Shown here: in pieces, positions 32,074-41,419 of the stretch | How positions within the stretch are numbered: the stretch's first letter is position 1 | Layout of the letters: every line of letters starts with the position of its first letter | The notes under the pieces: generated by a model | What the model saw: only the letters and a program-made list of their open reading frames with translations | Databases searched by the model: none | Told to the model about the DNA's origin: nothing | Source of the DNA: Pirellulales bacterium | GTDB taxonomy: Bacteria; Planctomycetota; Planctomycetia; Pirellulales; PALSA-1355 | Reading direction: 5' to 3' | Length of the DNA: 64,000 nucleotides | NCBI GenBank assembly: GCA_963733035.1 | Contig: CAVTBU010000010.1 | Span: forward strand, 128,001 to 192,000 | Program-made: the position numbers and the translations under genes

Positions 32074-32865
32074 ATGAGCAATTCCGAACTTGATGCGCGA
32101 TATCAGCTCGCCGTGGAAATCGCCCGTGAGGCCGGCGCGCACACGCTACAGTACTTTCAGCACCCTGATTTGGTTGTCGAATTGAAGTCCGATGCGTCGC
32201 CGGTCACGATTGCCGACCGGCAGGCCGAAGAGCTGCTCCGCCGGCGGATCGCCGCGCAGTTTCCGCGCGACGCCATCCTTGGCGAGGAGTTTGGCGACCA
32301 GCATGGTACCAGCGGTTATCGGTGGATTCTCGACCCAATCGACGGTACCAAGTCGTTCGTGCATGGCGTACCGCTCTACGGGACGCTCGTGGCGGTCGAG
32401 TACGGCGAACGTAGCGTCATTGGCGTGATCTTCCTGCCGGCTTTGGACGAATGCGTGCATGCGGCGGTCGGCAAGGGCGCTTGGCAAATCCGGGGTACGA
32501 CGCCGCCACAGCCTGCGCAGGTGTCGGCAACGGCGACGTTACGCGAGTCGCTGTTGCTCTCGAGTGAAATTCGCTTTCCGACGCCGGCCCGGCAACAGGC
32601 ATTGATTGATTTGGCCCGCGGCGCGCGCATCAGCCGTACCTGGGGTGACTGCTACGGCTATCTGCTCGTGGCGACCGGCCGGGCCGACGTGATGATCGAC
32701 CCAATCATGGGCTTGTGGGACATTGCCCCTTTGCAGCCGATTCTGGAAGAAGCCGGCGGCACGCTCACCGATTGGCAAGGCAATGCCACGATCTATTCCG
32801 CCGAAGCGGTTGCCACCAACGGCAAGGTGCTCGACGAGGTGTTGGCGGTCACGCGGAAGGCCTAG
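32074..32865 (+). CDS. hisN: Histidinol-phosphatase / inositol monophosphatase family
   Basis: SPVTIADR, GEE, LDPIDGTKSF, GDCYGY, WDIA. Confidence 0.85.
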   Translation: MSNSELDARYQLAVEIAREAGAHTLQYFQHPDLVVELKSDASPVTIADRQAEELLRRRIAAQFPRDAILGEEFGDQHGTSGYRWILDPIDGTKSFVHGVPLYGTLVAVEYGERSVIGVIFLPALDECVHAAVGKGAWQIRGTTPPQPAQVSATATLRESLLLSSEIRFPTPARQQALIDLARGARISRTWGDCYGYLLVATGRADVMIDPIMGLWDIAPLQPILEEAGGTLTDWQGNATIYSAEAVATNGKVLDEVLAVTRKA

Positions 32866-34211
32866 CGCGCGTCCTTGCTTAACAGCTCGGCGGCTACGGC
32901 GTCCAATTCCTTGAGCCCTTGGTCCTGCTGGACATCGTACGTGCCGACGTGGTAGTGCAGGATTGTGCCCTCGGGGCCCACGACGACGAACAGCGGCAAA
33001 CTGGCTCCAACGACGCGGGGATCGCCAAACTGCCGCAGCAGACCGCCCTCGTCCAGCAGCACCGGATAGCTCAGGTTCATGAACGACTTGAGCTTTTTCG
33101 TGCTCCGCACGGCAGCGGCGCGCGTGGATTCGTCGGACAGCCGAGGATTCACGGCCACGCCGTAGACCTGCAAGCCGGCCGTTTTATGGCGGTGATACAA
33201 GAAGTCGAGATAACCGACCTGGCCATAGGGCTCGCGCAGGGGCTCATCTCGATAGTCCCAGAAGTGCAGGACCGTGATCTTGCCTTTGAGGTCTTCGGCC
33301 CGCAGGGTTTCACCGGCGGTCCCGCGGATCGAAAACTCCTCGACAGGGTGTCCGACGAACCGGGCCTGCATGGTGGCCACGGCGTCGTTGCGGCCTGCTT
33401 GCAGCTCCAGGTCGCGGTTGGCGGCCGTCACCAGCTTCGATAGCGGCGTGCCGGCGGCCAACTCTACCAGGGCCGGCAGTTCTTTGGCAAGCAATTCTGC
33501 CTGTTCGGGCTTCCACTGAATGTCCTGGCTTTGGGACGCCAGATTGAGTTTATTTCGCAGCGAGTGGGCCGACTCGACCGTCCTGGTCAGGGCGTCGATC
33601 GCGCCTTTTGATAACTGCTGACTATCGACCAGTTCGAGTTGCAGTCGATACGGCTGGCCACGTCCCATCGTCAGCCGTTCGTCCATTTCCAGCACAAGCG
33701 GTCCCTGTTGTGCGACCACCAACGTACGTTTTGGGCCAAACGGATCGCTAACGCTGACGTGCCAGGCTGCCTGCTCGCCGCGCTTGGTCGCTTTATCCAC
33801 CTGAAACTCAAGCTTGCCTTGGGTAAACGTGGCGCCGGCGGCCAATGGCTCGGCGGGCGAGAGGAACGGCCACAACACTGGTACGATGCTCTGGCCTTCA
33901 CCCCGATCGTAGAGTAGCGCGGGCGACGCCATCGACGTGCGATATCGCGGGTCGAGCGTGGCGGTTCCGAATCGCGAGGGCCAGGGGAACTCACCGTTGC
34001 CGCGTTCGTCGACCAGCCAGAAGACCTCCGAGCCGGTTTCGCTGGCCGACAGGATCCACAACGTAAGGTCAAACGTTTTCGGGCTCGCGTCGGCGTCTTC
34101 GCTGACGGCCTCGACCGATCCGCGATACGATAGCTGGGTGCCGACCGGCAGCGCCGCATCGGCCGCAACCACCAGCGGAGCGAGCGCCAGCGAAAAGAGA
34201 ACGTGCAGCAT
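32862..34211 (-). CDS. Exported protein with C-terminal TlpA/redoxin-like domain lacking CxxC
   Basis: Signal peptide; DLKGKITVLHFWDY...LSYPVLLD...LPLFVVVGPEG thioredoxin fold. Confidence 0.7.
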   Translation of the reverse strand: MLHVLFSLALAPLVVAADAALPVGTQLSYRGSVEAVSEDADASPKTFDLTLWILSASETGSEVFWLVDERGNGEFPWPSRFGTATLDPRYRTSMASPALLYDRGEGQSIVPVLWPFLSPAEPLAAGATFTQGKLEFQVDKATKRGEQAAWHVSVSDPFGPKRTLVVAQQGPLVLEMDERLTMGRGQPYRLQLELVDSQQLSKGAIDALTRTVESAHSLRNKLNLASQSQDIQWKPEQAELLAKELPALVELAAGTPLSKLVTAANRDLELQAGRNDAVATMQARFVGHPVEEFSIRGTAGETLRAEDLKGKITVLHFWDYRDEPLREPYGQVGYLDFLYHRHKTAGLQVYGVAVNPRLSDESTRAAAVRSTKKLKSFMNLSYPVLLDEGGLLRQFGDPRVVGASLPLFVVVGPEGTILHYHVGTYDVQQDQGLKELDAVAAELLSKDAR

Positions 34212-35339
34212 GGGAAGGGTTCCAGGGGGAAGGTGGGTACGTTGGGCCGTCCGCTGGCCGCCGTGGGCGAACTCCCTTATTCACCGCCAATTGTAGTCAT
34301 CCGACCTTGGAAAGTCGCTACTGGGGTGTCGAAAAGCACGCGAGACCGGGGGCAATCGCCGGGCTGGGCGTCGTTCATGACCGGCAGTGTTCGGCCAACT
34401 TGGAGGCTTGCAGATCGCCCGTGGCCGCCGGTAGCAATTGTCCGGCGCCTGCCCATCGCAGTTCGGGTCGCCGGGAAGCAAACGGAAATTGCCCCCGCCG
34501 CACAGGCAAGTATGGGGTAAATGCTGGCCCGGTTTCAACCTTGCGAGCGGGCGCGGCATTTTTTCGGCGTCCCGACTCATCTCTGAGTCGATCGCCGGCG
34601 GGCTCGCTTGGCAGCCCGTTGGCCCGGTTCGGAATTCGCAAAGTTTTCGAGTGGCCTTTTTTCGGGATGAAAGTTGCGCGCACTTTTCTTTTCGCCTTTT
34701 GTAACCTGAAAAATGACACATGTAGTAGCCCGCAGCTTTCGCATTTTGCCCGGCATGAAACATGAAACCTCCCCGCGCGGCTCCTGTGCAGAATTTGCCG
34801 ACCGTAGGCTAGCCCAGGTGCTGGCTCGATTGATAGAGGCAAAAGTGTGGAGGGGCTTACAACACGCGACACGGCGGGAAAAATGCGGGAGAGGCGCGAC
34901 GCAAACTCGCCGCAAGTCGCAGCCGTCGCAGAGGTCCAAGTCACCATCCGCGTAGGGAATGGGTTAGAATGCAAGTCGGGTGCCGCTCCTTGAGAAGTTT
35001 GGCGGGCGTGCCGCTGTACTTCCGCCACAACAGCCGATCATCAGGCCACGGAGCCAGAGGCTGGCAATTGAGGTTACTTTTGAGCTCACTTCCGCAACCG
35101 CTTCGCTCAGAGGCAGTGGTTCGCCCACATCACGACGCCTTTGACCGTCACTGGCCTGAGTCACGATTTGGGAAGTCGAAGTTTGAATTGACTACAAGAG
35201 AACAATCTCGAGTTGAGTGAGTTGCACATAATGGGGTAAGGCACTGATCTATCGAAAGCAATCGGAACATGCGTTTTTCACTGGGTTGGTTGTGGCTTGG
35301 GATTTGAACCTACCCACGTTTGGTGGGCGCGCTGTGGGG

Positions 35340-36383
35340 TTATTTGTTGGACATTGGGTTTGAGTTTGGGGTATTGGGTTGGCGACCCGCGAGACCCTTC
35401 GCGGGTCTTGCGCGGTCGCGGTGCTCGTGGGCGGATGATGCTTGGAGAGCGGTATCTGCCAGAGTCCGCCGGAAGGCTGGGGCGCCGCTGGCGAGGCTTT
35501 CTTCGTACTCCACCGGGCTCAAGTGCCCCAGCGACGAATGACGCCGACGACGATTGTAGAACACTTCGATGTATTCAAACAGGCTTTGTCGAGCGACCTC
35601 TTGAGTCGTGTACTGTTCGTGATACACCAGCTCCGTCTTCAGCGTGCCGAAGAAGCTTTCCGCGACGGCATTGTCGTAGCAGTTGCCACGGCGACTCATG
35701 CTGGCTTGCAGGCCATACCGCGTGAGCAAGCCCTGGTAGTCGTCGCAGGCGTACTGCACGCCCCGATCGCTGTGATGCAACACCTCGTTCTGCGGCCGCC
35801 GCTGCTCGATCGCCAACCGCAGCGCCCGCAGGCACAAGTCCGCAGCCAGCGAATCGCTGGTGGCCCAGCCCACGATCTTCCGCGAGCACAAGTCGATCAC
35901 CACCGCCAAGTACAACCAGCCCTCGGCCGTGCGGACGTACGTGATGTCGGCCGCCCAGGCCCGATCGGGCTGCGGCTGGTAAAACGCCCGATTCAGCCGG
36001 TTCGGAGCGATCGGATGGGCGTGACGGCTTTCGGTCGTCCGGACGCGGAACCGGCGATGCATTTTCGAACGCAGACCGGCGGCACGCATCAGCTTGGCCA
36101 CCGTGTTCTTCGAGCAGCGAACGTCTTCTGCGATCAGGTCGCGATGCACGCGCGGCGAGCCGTACACCGCGCGGCTCCGCTCGTGCACGCGGCGGATCTG
36201 GTCGGTCAGCTTCGCCCGCCGCTCGGCGGTTACGCTCGGCGCACGCTTCCACCAGGCGTAGTAACCGCTCCTGGTTACCTGCAAAACTCGGCACATCACG
36301 TTCACCGGAAACTCCCGCATGTGATCCTTGATGAACGCGAATCTCAGGGCTGGTGCTTGGCGAAGAAGGCCGTCGCTTTTTTT
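35340..36383 (-). CDS. IS3 transposase OrfB (DDE), reached by -1 frameshift
   Basis: YGSPR, WAADITY, HSDRGVQY, DNAVAESFF; A7G slippery site at 36376-36383. Confidence 0.92.
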   Translation of the reverse strand, partial: KKSDGLLRQAPALRFAFIKDHMREFPVNVMCRVLQVTRSGYYAWWKRAPSVTAERRAKLTDQIRRVHERSRAVYGSPRVHRDLIAEDVRCSKNTVAKLMRAAGLRSKMHRRFRVRTTESRHAHPIAPNRLNRAFYQPQPDRAWAADITYVRTAEGWLYLAVVIDLCSRKIVGWATSDSLAADLCLRALRLAIEQRRPQNEVLHHSDRGVQYACDDYQGLLTRYGLQASMSRRGNCYDNAVAESFFGTLKTELVYHEQYTTQEVARQSLFEYIEVFYNRRRRHSSLGHLSPVEYEESLASGAPAFRRTLADTALQASSAHEHRDRARPAKGLAGRQPNTPNSNPMSNK

Positions 36384-36625
36384 AAAATCTCACGCTCCAT
36401 GAGGAGCCGCTTGTTCTCCTCCCGCAGCCGCCGCAGTTCCGCCCGCAAAGCCGAGTCACCGCTCGCGCTGACGCCCACTTCCGGCCCGAACTTCTTCAGC
36501 CAATTGCGGATCGAGGCGGCGTCCACGCCCAGGCTCTTGGCCGCCTCCACGACCGTATAGCCCTGCTGGTTCACCAACTTGACCGCCGACACCTTGAACT
36601 CACGCGAATACACTCGACGACCCAT
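36344..36625 (-). CDS. IS3 transposase OrfA
   Basis: YSREFKVSAV HTH, leucine zipper, EREILKKATAFF. Confidence 0.92.
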   Translation of the reverse strand: MGRRVYSREFKVSAVKLVNQQGYTVVEAAKSLGVDAASIRNWLKKFGPEVGVSASGDSALRAELRRLREENKRLLMEREILKKATAFFAKHQP

Positions 36626-37233
36626 GACACGCTCCTTTCACCGGCATTATGCCAGTTCTGTCGCGCGCCCACGAATCGTGGGGAAGGTCAATTACGCTTG
36701 CCGGATATGCTACGTGTGCTCTCGTTTACCCATCATTGGCGATGTACGAATTCGTTCGATCGACAACGCTGATCGTGATTCTCGTCCTGAGTTTGATCGC
36801 TACTTTACCTGGGACGCGGCGACGACGAGCCTCGCTGGCAGCCCTTTTGGGCGTCTGGGGACACCTATTGTTCGTGCAGTTCTTTGCCACTAGTCTAGGT
36901 GAAAATGATTTAATCTTCTCAACACGTCTTGTCCATTGGTGGTGGGAATTAATACGCCAACCGAGTCCAATGGGGCCCGGAGTTCAACAGATGAAGTGGG
37001 TTGCACTTGAGCCAGAGTGGTTTGTTTTTCGCGGCATTGGAGTCCAGGTGATATCGCTTGGGATCGGTTTGCTCTTGGGGTTTCTTGCATCGCGGTTCCC
37101 CGATCCTGTTCACAGCGAGAGCGTCCTAGATAATAGACGATGACGGCCACACGGGACTTCATTGAAGCTGGGAGGATGGGACCAACTCGAACAACAGGTT
37201 TGCGGAGAACGGCGCGGTCGTCGTCGTCAACAG

Positions 37234-37322
37234 GGGACGGAAAAGGGGACATCACTGGACATCACTGATTGGTGACCAACCCGAGGAGCGGATATCAGTG
37301 ATGTCCCCTTTGTGCCTCCCAA
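37234..37322. repeat. REPIN-like palindromic repeat, copy 1
   Basis: AAAGGGGACATCACTG...CAGTGATGTCCCCTTT inverted arms with a local GACATCACTG duplication. Confidence 0.8.
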
Positions 37323-37578
37323 TAATTGCAAGTGCGAGGCAGAAAGGCTTGTCCGGGAAGCCGAGCGATTGAGAAGCGAGGCAATGCGCGACGCGGCGAT
37401 ACGTGAACGCGAAGCAGCGGAAAAACTGCTTCCGGCGGACGAGCTGGCTCGTTTGGAACAGCAACGCGCGCGTTGGGAACGGGAGAGATTTCGGTCTGGA
37501 TATTTGCAAAGGAGCCACTCGACGACTGCCGGTCAGTGGCAGGGTACTGGAAGTTTATATCGTCAGGGGCCATGAGGC

Positions 37579-38571
37579 ATGAAACGCCGCGAAGCCGCGA
37601 CAGTCAAGTTCGGAATATCGGCCTGCACGCTGTTCGGCTTGTTTGTCGTTTTGTTAGGCTGTAGTCCTCCAGAACCGCCGAACGATGGGAGTCTTCATTC
37701 GGATGTGCTCGCAGTCGCCGTCTGCAAGGACAAAGTAATCTCTACCGGTTCGGACTACCGAGTATGCACAGTTGACGGTCAAACTCTACAGGTGCAAAGT
37801 GAGGCCCGGCTTCCCAGCCAGTGGGGCAATGGAGTTGCTGTGCGGCCCGGAAGGTTGGAGTGTGCCGCCGCCTGCAGCGACGGCTCGATTGTAAGTTATC
37901 AGCCGGGTTCCACAGAAGTGCTGTCTAAAGGGCGTATCCATTCTGAATGGGCCCTATGCGTTGCGTTTCAAGATCCCCAGGTGATTGTGTCCGGTGGCCG
38001 TGATCATAAAGTTATATTTTCGACCTGGGATTCCGGCGAAAGGCTATTCGATCTGGAGGCGGATTTTTGGGTCGAATGCGTGGCCCTTTCTCCTGACGGA
38101 CAATTCGTCGCTGCGGGATGCTGGCGTGGAACGGTCTCGCTCTGGTCGCTTGCTGACCGCAAGCTCGTTAAGAGCGCCAACGTCGTGGGCCGGCATTATG
38201 CGGTATTGTCACTTGCTTTTAGTCCGGATAGCAGATTCTTGTACATTGGCACCCAAGATGACGACGTGACGCGACGGACGATTCCAGAGTTCGAAGAAGA
38301 CATGCGTTTACAAGGGCACACCGATTGCGTATCGGCCATGGACTTCTTGGATGCAACCCTGATTACCGCCAGTAACGACGGCACGATTCGGTCGTGGAAT
38401 GTTCAGACCGGCAAGCTAATGGACACAGTGTCGCCAGGAATTGGTGCCCTGAAATGCATGGCCATTGCGCCAGACGGAAAATGCTGTTACGTCGGCAGTC
38501 GACTTGGAGTCCTGGCGCGGTCGGAATTGCCAAAGACGAGCTCGGACGGCGGTGTTATCGCGACGGAGTAA
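37579..38571 (+). CDS. WD40-repeat lipoprotein
   Basis: LLGC lipobox; GH...TASNDGTIRSWN, ALSPDG and FSPD repeats. Confidence 0.85.
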   Translation: MKRREAATVKFGISACTLFGLFVVLLGCSPPEPPNDGSLHSDVLAVAVCKDKVISTGSDYRVCTVDGQTLQVQSEARLPSQWGNGVAVRPGRLECAAACSDGSIVSYQPGSTEVLSKGRIHSEWALCVAFQDPQVIVSGGRDHKVIFSTWDSGERLFDLEADFWVECVALSPDGQFVAAGCWRGTVSLWSLADRKLVKSANVVGRHYAVLSLAFSPDSRFLYIGTQDDDVTRRTIPEFEEDMRLQGHTDCVSAMDFLDATLITASNDGTIRSWNVQTGKLMDTVSPGIGALKCMAIAPDGKCCYVGSRLGVLARSELPKTSSDGGVIATE

Positions 38572-38708
38572 GGGACGGAAAAGGGGACATCACTGATTGG
38601 TGACCAACCCGAGGAGCCGAGGAGCGAATATCAGTGATGTCCCCTTTGTGCCTCCAACCCGAGGAGCCGAGGAGCGAATATCAGTGATGTCCCCTTTGTG
38701 CCTCCCAA
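38572..38708. repeat. REPIN-like palindromic repeat, copy 2, with 50-bp tandem duplication
   Basis: Same unit as copy 1; 38606-38655 is repeated at 38656-38705. Confidence 0.8.
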
Positions 38709-39045
38709 CGTGCTTGAGCATCTGGTTGTCGAGCGAGAGATCGGCCACCAGTTGCTTCAGCCGGCGGTTCTCGTCTTCCAGCTCCTTGAGGCGTTTGGCC
38801 TCCTGGGCCTTCATGCCGCCGTATTGCGCGCGCCAGCGGTCCAGCGTCGACCGGCTCACCTCCAGGGCCTGCAGCACGGCCGCCTCGTCCTTGCCTGCAT
38901 TCAGCATCGCTTCGGCATCACGCAGCTTCCGCACAATCTGCTCGGGCGTGTGCCGCTTCCTACATCTGGTCATCTCAAAGGTCTCCTTGCCCTACGGGCA
39001 TCAAGACCTTCATAACCGATGGATCAGTTTTTCAACAGCAGGTCA
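38709..39045 (-). mobile_element. Truncated IS3-family (IS407-group-like) element: left end plus orfA
   Basis: End TGACCTGCTGTTGAAAAACTG at 39045; orfA RKRHTPEQIVRKL...YGGM...LEDENRRLK cut off at the repeat; no orfB. Confidence 0.8.
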
Positions 39046-39187
39046 GGGGGTGACCAGCCACCAAATTTTGGTTCAGAGGTCGGTGGCGAAAATGCCCCGT
39101 CATCTTCGCTTGCGTGCCGCCCTAAACTCGCTATACTGGCGGTTTTGCGATTTTCTCGCCAGGACCATCTAGCAAGGCGTTCGTGCG

Positions 39188-39463
39188 ATGTCGAAACAAT
39201 GTGAAGTCTGCGGCAAGGCCCCCGTGCTTGGCAACCAGGTGACCATTCGGGGTAAGGCCAAGTACTTGGGGGGCGTCGGTACCAAGGTGACCGGCATCTC
39301 GCGACGGCAGTTTAAGCCCAACCTGCAGAACGTGCGGGTCACCACGGCCAACGGCACCAACAAGACGATGCGGGTTTGCACCCAGTGCATTCGCAGCGGC
39401 GCGGTGACCAAGCGTGTGCGAAACGCACCCTTCAAGCTGCCGACGGGGGCCAAGGCAAGCTAG
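39188..39463 (+). CDS. rpmB: 50S ribosomal protein L28
   Basis: CEVCGK, RRQFKPNLQ, RVCTQCIRSG. Confidence 0.95.
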   Translation: MSKQCEVCGKAPVLGNQVTIRGKAKYLGGVGTKVTGISRRQFKPNLQNVRVTTANGTNKTMRVCTQCIRSGAVTKRVRNAPFKLPTGAKAS

Positions 39464-39558
39464 ACGGGAAAGCGGCTTGCGCGTCGGTTCGTAAAACACC
39501 TGACCCGACCCAGCTGCTTTTCTTGCGTACCCACTGACCTCTAGCCGATCACTCTCCC

Positions 39559-39846
39559 ATGCTCACCCGCGCTCAAGTCGAAAAGGTCTCGCTATTGGCC
39601 CGCTTGCAGCTCACGGACGACGAGCTCGACCTGATGACGTCGCAATTGGGACAGATCGTTGGCTACGTGGAATCGCTTGCGGAACTTGACACGCAAGACG
39701 TCGAGCCGATGGCGCATGCCCTGGACGTCTCGAACGTGTTTGCGGCCGACGAGCCGCGGCCGAGCCTGGAGCGCGAAGCGGCGCTGACCAACGCGCCGCA
39801 CCACGATCGCGAGTTTTACTTGGTTCCCGCCGTGCTGGGTGATTAA
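39559..39846 (+). CDS. gatC: Asp/Glu-tRNA amidotransferase subunit C
   Basis: LLARL, LDTQDVEPM, NAP...FYLVPAV. Confidence 0.95.
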   Translation: MLTRAQVEKVSLLARLQLTDDELDLMTSQLGQIVGYVESLAELDTQDVEPMAHALDVSNVFAADEPRPSLEREAALTNAPHHDREFYLVPAVLGD

Positions 39847-39849
39847 GCC

Positions 39850-41391
39850 ATGTCCTTGGTGCGTCGTAGCGCTACCGAATTGCTGGCCCAGCTGAATTCC
39901 GGCGAAGTCACGTCGGTTGAACTTACGCAGGCTTATCTCGATCAGATCGAGCGCCACGACGGCGACGTGAAAGCCTTCCTGCGCGTCAATAAAACAACCG
40001 CGCTGGAGCGCGCGGCGGACATTGACAAGCGTCGCCGCGAGAAGCAGCCGCTCGGCCGGCTGGCTGGTTTGCCGGTCGCCGTCAAGGATTTGCTGTGCAC
40101 CAAGGGCGAACCGACGACCTGCGCCTCGCGGATGCTGGAAGACTTCCGGCCGCCATACGATGCGACGGTGATCTCGCGGCTCAAGGATGCCGACGCCGTG
40201 CTGATCGGTCGCACGAACATGGACGAGTTTGCCATGGGTGCCTCGACCGAGAATTCCGCGTTCAAGCAAACGGCGAACCCCTGGGGACTCGACCGCACGC
40301 CGGGTGGATCCAGCGGTGGCGCGGCTGCGTGCGTGGCGGCCGGCATGGCGCCGTTGTCGGTGGGTAGCGATACGGGTGGTTCGATCCGACAGCCGGCCGG
40401 GTTGTGCGGCATCACGGGGCTCAAGCCGACCTACGGTCGCGTCAGCCGTTATGGCCTGGTGGCGTTTGCCAGCAGCCTCGACCAGATTGGTCCGTTGGCA
40501 CGCACCGCTGAAGATGCAGCGCTTTTGTTGGAAGTGTTGGCCGGGCACGATCCACTGGATTCGACGTCGGTCGAGGTGCCGGTGCCGAAGTACTCCGAGA
40601 CCGTACGGCAGCCGCTCAAAAACTTGCGGCTGGGCCTGGTTCGCGAGCATTTTGGCGAGGGGCTCGAACCGAACGTGGAACAGGCCGTGCGGGCGGCGGT
40701 CGACGTCTACAAGTCGCTGGGGGCCACGGTCAAAGATATCTCGTTGCCGCACGGCAAGTACGGCGTGGCGACTTACTACATCATCGCCCCCTGCGAGGCC
40801 TCGAGTAACCTGGCCCGCTACGAGGGCGTGCACTACGGTCATCGCACCGACGAAAAGAAGATGGTTGCGGCGCTTGCGGCCGAACGCGACAAGTTGCTGG
40901 CGGCTGGCAAACAGGCCGAGGCCGACGCGCTCGACAACCCGCTCGTGCGACTGTACCGGCAAAGTCGGGCAGAAGGTTTTGGCCCGGAAGTCAAACGCCG
41001 GATCATGCTCGGCACGTATGCCCTAAGTGCCGGCTACTACGACGCCTACTACCTCAAGGCCCTCAAGGTCCGCCGGCTGATTCGGCAGGACTACGACGCG
41101 GCGTTTGGCGAAGTGGATTTGATCATCGGTCCGGTGACAACGAGCCCCGCGTTCAAGCTGGGCGAAAAAGTGGACGATCCGCTGGCGATGTACCTGGTTG
41201 ACTTGTACACGGCCAGCGCGAACCTGGCCGGCATCGGCGGAATCGCGCTACGGTGTGGCACCAGCGGCGGGTTGCCGATCGGCTTGCAGTTGCAGGCTCC
41301 GCCGTTCGAGGAAGATCGCCTGCTGCGGGCGGCCCACATGTATCAGCAGGCCACCGATTGGCACAAACAGTTTCCGGCAATGGTACCCTGA
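39850..41391 (+). CDS. gatA: Asp/Glu-tRNA amidotransferase subunit A
   Basis: VAVKD, GGSSGG, GSDTGGSIRQPA, EVKRRIMLG. Confidence 0.97.
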   Translation: MSLVRRSATELLAQLNSGEVTSVELTQAYLDQIERHDGDVKAFLRVNKTTALERAADIDKRRREKQPLGRLAGLPVAVKDLLCTKGEPTTCASRMLEDFRPPYDATVISRLKDADAVLIGRTNMDEFAMGASTENSAFKQTANPWGLDRTPGGSSGGAAACVAAGMAPLSVGSDTGGSIRQPAGLCGITGLKPTYGRVSRYGLVAFASSLDQIGPLARTAEDAALLLEVLAGHDPLDSTSVEVPVPKYSETVRQPLKNLRLGLVREHFGEGLEPNVEQAVRAAVDVYKSLGATVKDISLPHGKYGVATYYIIAPCEASSNLARYEGVHYGHRTDEKKMVAALAAERDKLLAAGKQAEADALDNPLVRLYRQSRAEGFGPEVKRRIMLGTYALSAGYYDAYYLKALKVRRLIRQDYDAAFGEVDLIIGPVTTSPAFKLGEKVDDPLAMYLVDLYTASANLAGIGGIALRCGTSGGLPIGLQLQAPPFEEDRLLRAAHMYQQATDWHKQFPAMVP

Positions 41392-41419
41392 CGGCGTTAT
41401 CCAGAACGCGAGCACGCGC

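Larger units (their letters stand above)
35305..36690 (-). mobile_element. Complete IS3-family insertion sequence, 1386 bp
   Basis: TG...CA ends; IRs TGACCTTCCCCACGATTCGTGGGCGCGC / TGAACCTACCCACGTTTGGTGGGCGCGC; 3-bp ATT target duplication. Confidence 0.92.
35269..37143 (+). pseudogene. Membrane protein gene split by IS3 (35269-35304 joined to 36694-37143)
   Basis: Removing the IS and one ATT copy restores MRFSLGWLWLGITLAGYATCALVYP... in frame. Confidence 0.8.

Noticed and set aside
34860..34930. GACGCAAA segment suggestive of a c-di-GMP-I riboswitch
   Set aside because: The upstream GGCAAA/GNRA stem architecture is not present
35295..35335. GGTTCAAATCCC on the minus strand resembling a tRNA T-arm
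   Set aside because: No cloverleaf; it spans the IS3 right inverted repeat junction
37234..38708. Possible CRISPR array
   Set aside because: Only 2-3 units, identical inter-repeat sequence rather than unique spacers, and no cas genes
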